A stretch of DNA of 25,360 bases from a virus (lineage: Duplodnaviria > Heunggongvirae > Uroviricota > Caudoviricetes): the IMG/VR virus record IMGVR_UViG_2529292905_000020, one strand, 5' to 3'. The position numbers and the translations under genes are program-made. Under the pieces are notes generated by a model. The model was not told the origin of the DNA. It saw nothing but the letters and a program-made list of their open reading frames with translations, and made no database searches. Numbering within the stretch: the first letter of the stretch is position 1; the number at the start of each line of letters is the position of its first letter. Below are positions 23,726-25,360 of this stretch, one piece after another.

Positions 23726-25176
23726 TACCTGTATGGAGCACGGCATGTCCGGACTGGGCAGAGCGCCTGAAAAAGGGACTGTCGATTATTCCGGCTCCGA
23801 TTTATCCGGACCAGGCTGCACATGCACTGGCGATTTTTAAACAACTGCGGATTGTGGATGCACCGGGTAGCCCGACGTTCGGGGAGTCCTGCGCACAGTG
23901 GGTGTTTGACCTGGTGGCGGCCCTGTTTGGCTCCTATGATGCGCAGACCGGTGTACGCCATATCAAGGAAGTTTTTATCCTTATCCCCAAGAAAAACAGT
24001 AAGTCCACGCTGGCCGCGGGGATCATGATGACGGCGCTGTTACTGAACTGGCGGCAGGCGGCGGGCTACACCATTCTGGCCCCGACCGTGGAGGTGGCGG
24101 CTAACGCCTTCAACCCTGCCAGGGATATGGTACGACGGGACGATGATCTGGATGACCTCTGTCAGGTGCAGACACATATCCGGACCATCACCCATCGGGT
24201 GACGGACACCACCCTGAAGGTGGTGGCAGCCGATCCGAATACGGTGTCCGGTATCAAGTCCGTGGGGACACTGATTGATGAACTGTGGCTGTTTGGCAAG
24301 CAGTACAAAGCGGAAGACATGCTACGTGAAGCCATCGGCGGGCTTGCCTCCCGTCCGGAAGGATTTGTGGTGTACACAACCACCCAGTCGAATGAACCGC
24401 CTGCCGGGGTGTTCAGACAGAAACTGCAGTACGCCCGGGATGTCCGTGACGGCAAAATTCATGATCCGCACTTTCTGCCGGTGATTTTTGAGCATCCTCC
24501 TGAAATGGTGGAAAGCGGGGCTCACCTGCTGATGGAAAACCTCGCCATGGTTAACCCGAATCTCGGTTATTCGGTGGATGAGGCTTTTCTGTACCGGGAG
24601 TACCGTAAAGCCCGGGAGGCTGGTGAGGAAGCATTTCGTGGCTTCATGTCAAAACACGCCAATGTGGAAATCGGTCTTGCCCTGCGTTCTGACCGCTGGG
24701 CGGGCGCGGATTTCTGGGAGCAGCAGGGCAGGCGCGTCAGCCTGGACGATATCCTGCAGCGCGCTGATGTGGTGACGGTGGGGATTGACGGCGGGGGCCT
24801 GGATGATCTGCTGGGAATGTACGTGATTGGCCGTGACAGGGAAACCCGCGAATGGCTGGGCTGGGGCCATGCCTGGGTGCATGAAACCGCGGTGGTCAGA
24901 CGGAAGAGTGAGGCATCCCGGTTTCAGGATTTTGTGGCCTGTGGAGACATGACGATTGTCCGTCGGGTCGGGGATGACACGGCGGAAGTGGCGGAGTATG
25001 TGCGTCGTATTCATGAGGCTGAGTTACTGGATCATATCGGTATTGACCCGTCAGGTGTGGGGCAGATTCTGGATTCACTGGCGGAAGCCGGGATCCCCGA
25101 TGAGAGTGTGGTGGGGATAAGCCAGGGCTGGAAGCTGGGCGGGGCCATCAAAAACCACCGAGCGCAAACTGGCTGA
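23722..25176 (+). CDS. Terminase large subunit, reading frame interrupted near its 3' end
   Basis: 484-aa ORF with P-loop-like LIPKKNSKST. Ends ...GGAIKNHRAQTG-stop; homology clearly continues in the +1 frame from about 25157. Apparent 1-bp insertion in the A5 run at 25150-25154. Confidence 0.85.
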   Translation: MIPVWSTACPDWAERLKKGLSIIPAPIYPDQAAHALAIFKQLRIVDAPGSPTFGESCAQWVFDLVAALFGSYDAQTGVRHIKEVFILIPKKNSKSTLAAGIMMTALLLNWRQAAGYTILAPTVEVAANAFNPARDMVRRDDDLDDLCQVQTHIRTITHRVTDTTLKVVAADPNTVSGIKSVGTLIDELWLFGKQYKAEDMLREAIGGLASRPEGFVVYTTTQSNEPPAGVFRQKLQYARDVRDGKIHDPHFLPVIFEHPPEMVESGAHLLMENLAMVNPNLGYSVDEAFLYREYRKAREAGEEAFRGFMSKHANVEIGLALRSDRWAGADFWEQQGRRVSLDDILQRADVVTVGIDGGGLDDLLGMYVIGRDRETREWLGWGHAWVHETAVVRRKSEASRFQDFVACGDMTIVRRVGDDTAEVAEYVRRIHEAELLDHIGIDPSGVGQILDSLAEAGIPDESVVGISQGWKLGGAIKNHRAQTG

Positions 25177-25360
25177 GGGAGTGCTGGTGCATGGTGGTCA
25201 GCCACTGATGGCCTGGTGCGTTGGCAATGCCCGGGTGGAGCCTAAAGGTAACGCCATTCTTATCACCAAACAGGCCAGCGGACGGGGAAAAATTGACCCG
25301 CTGATGGCGCTGTTCAATGCGGTCTCCCTGATGTCCCTTAACCCGGAACCGAAAAAGAAA
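25157..25360 (+). other. Out-of-frame continuation of the large terminase coding sequence (partial, runs off the window)
   Basis: +1 frame reads TERKLAEGVLVHGGQPLMAWCVGNARVEPKGNAILITKQASGRGKIDPLMALFNAVSLMS... with no stop to the window end. Confidence 0.6.

Noticed and set aside
25150-25154. Programmed ribosomal frameshift in the large terminase gene
   Set aside because: Programmed frameshifts in tailed phages are typical of tail-assembly chaperone genes, not terminases, and an A5 run is not a strong slippery heptamer. Indel or sequencing error is more parsimonious.
1-25360. CRISPR array or cas genes
   Set aside because: No regularly spaced repeat-spacer array seen. The repeats present are iterons, operator sites, IS inverted repeats and two diverged ~130-bp elements, not CRISPR-like.

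Overview
The window is almost entirely a lambdoid prophage of an Escherichia/Shigella-type genome, read from its left end (int/xis at position 1) into the packaging genes. Order: int-xis; a minus-strand early-left operon (118-aa ORF, ydfC, an AT-rich 135-aa ORF, DicF sRNA, dicB, ydfD, an 823-aa exonuclease); the dicA/dicC immunity switch; plus-strand early-right genes (YdaT-like, O-like initiator with internal iterons, P-like loader); a nin-like region carrying morons (orphan ModA-fold periplasmic binding protein, hokD, an IS629 insertion with 3-bp duplication), then ydfU-like, rusA and a Q-like gene; a late promoter with three tRNA genes; a disrupted TerB-like gene; a NanS-p-like esterase where Stx phages carry stx (no stx here); phage-21-type lysis cassette (pinholin, SAR endolysin, Rz/Rz1); a PerC-like regulator; HNH endonuclease; small and large terminase. 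All calls rest on reading the sequence and ORF track and on remembered protein families; no database search was run. The most unusual items are the AT-rich convergent gene pair inside the dicB operon, the orphan binding protein with a 12-bp perfect inverted repeat upstream, the stx-less Q-tRNA-nanS region, and apparent frameshifts in the large terminase and the TerB-like gene.
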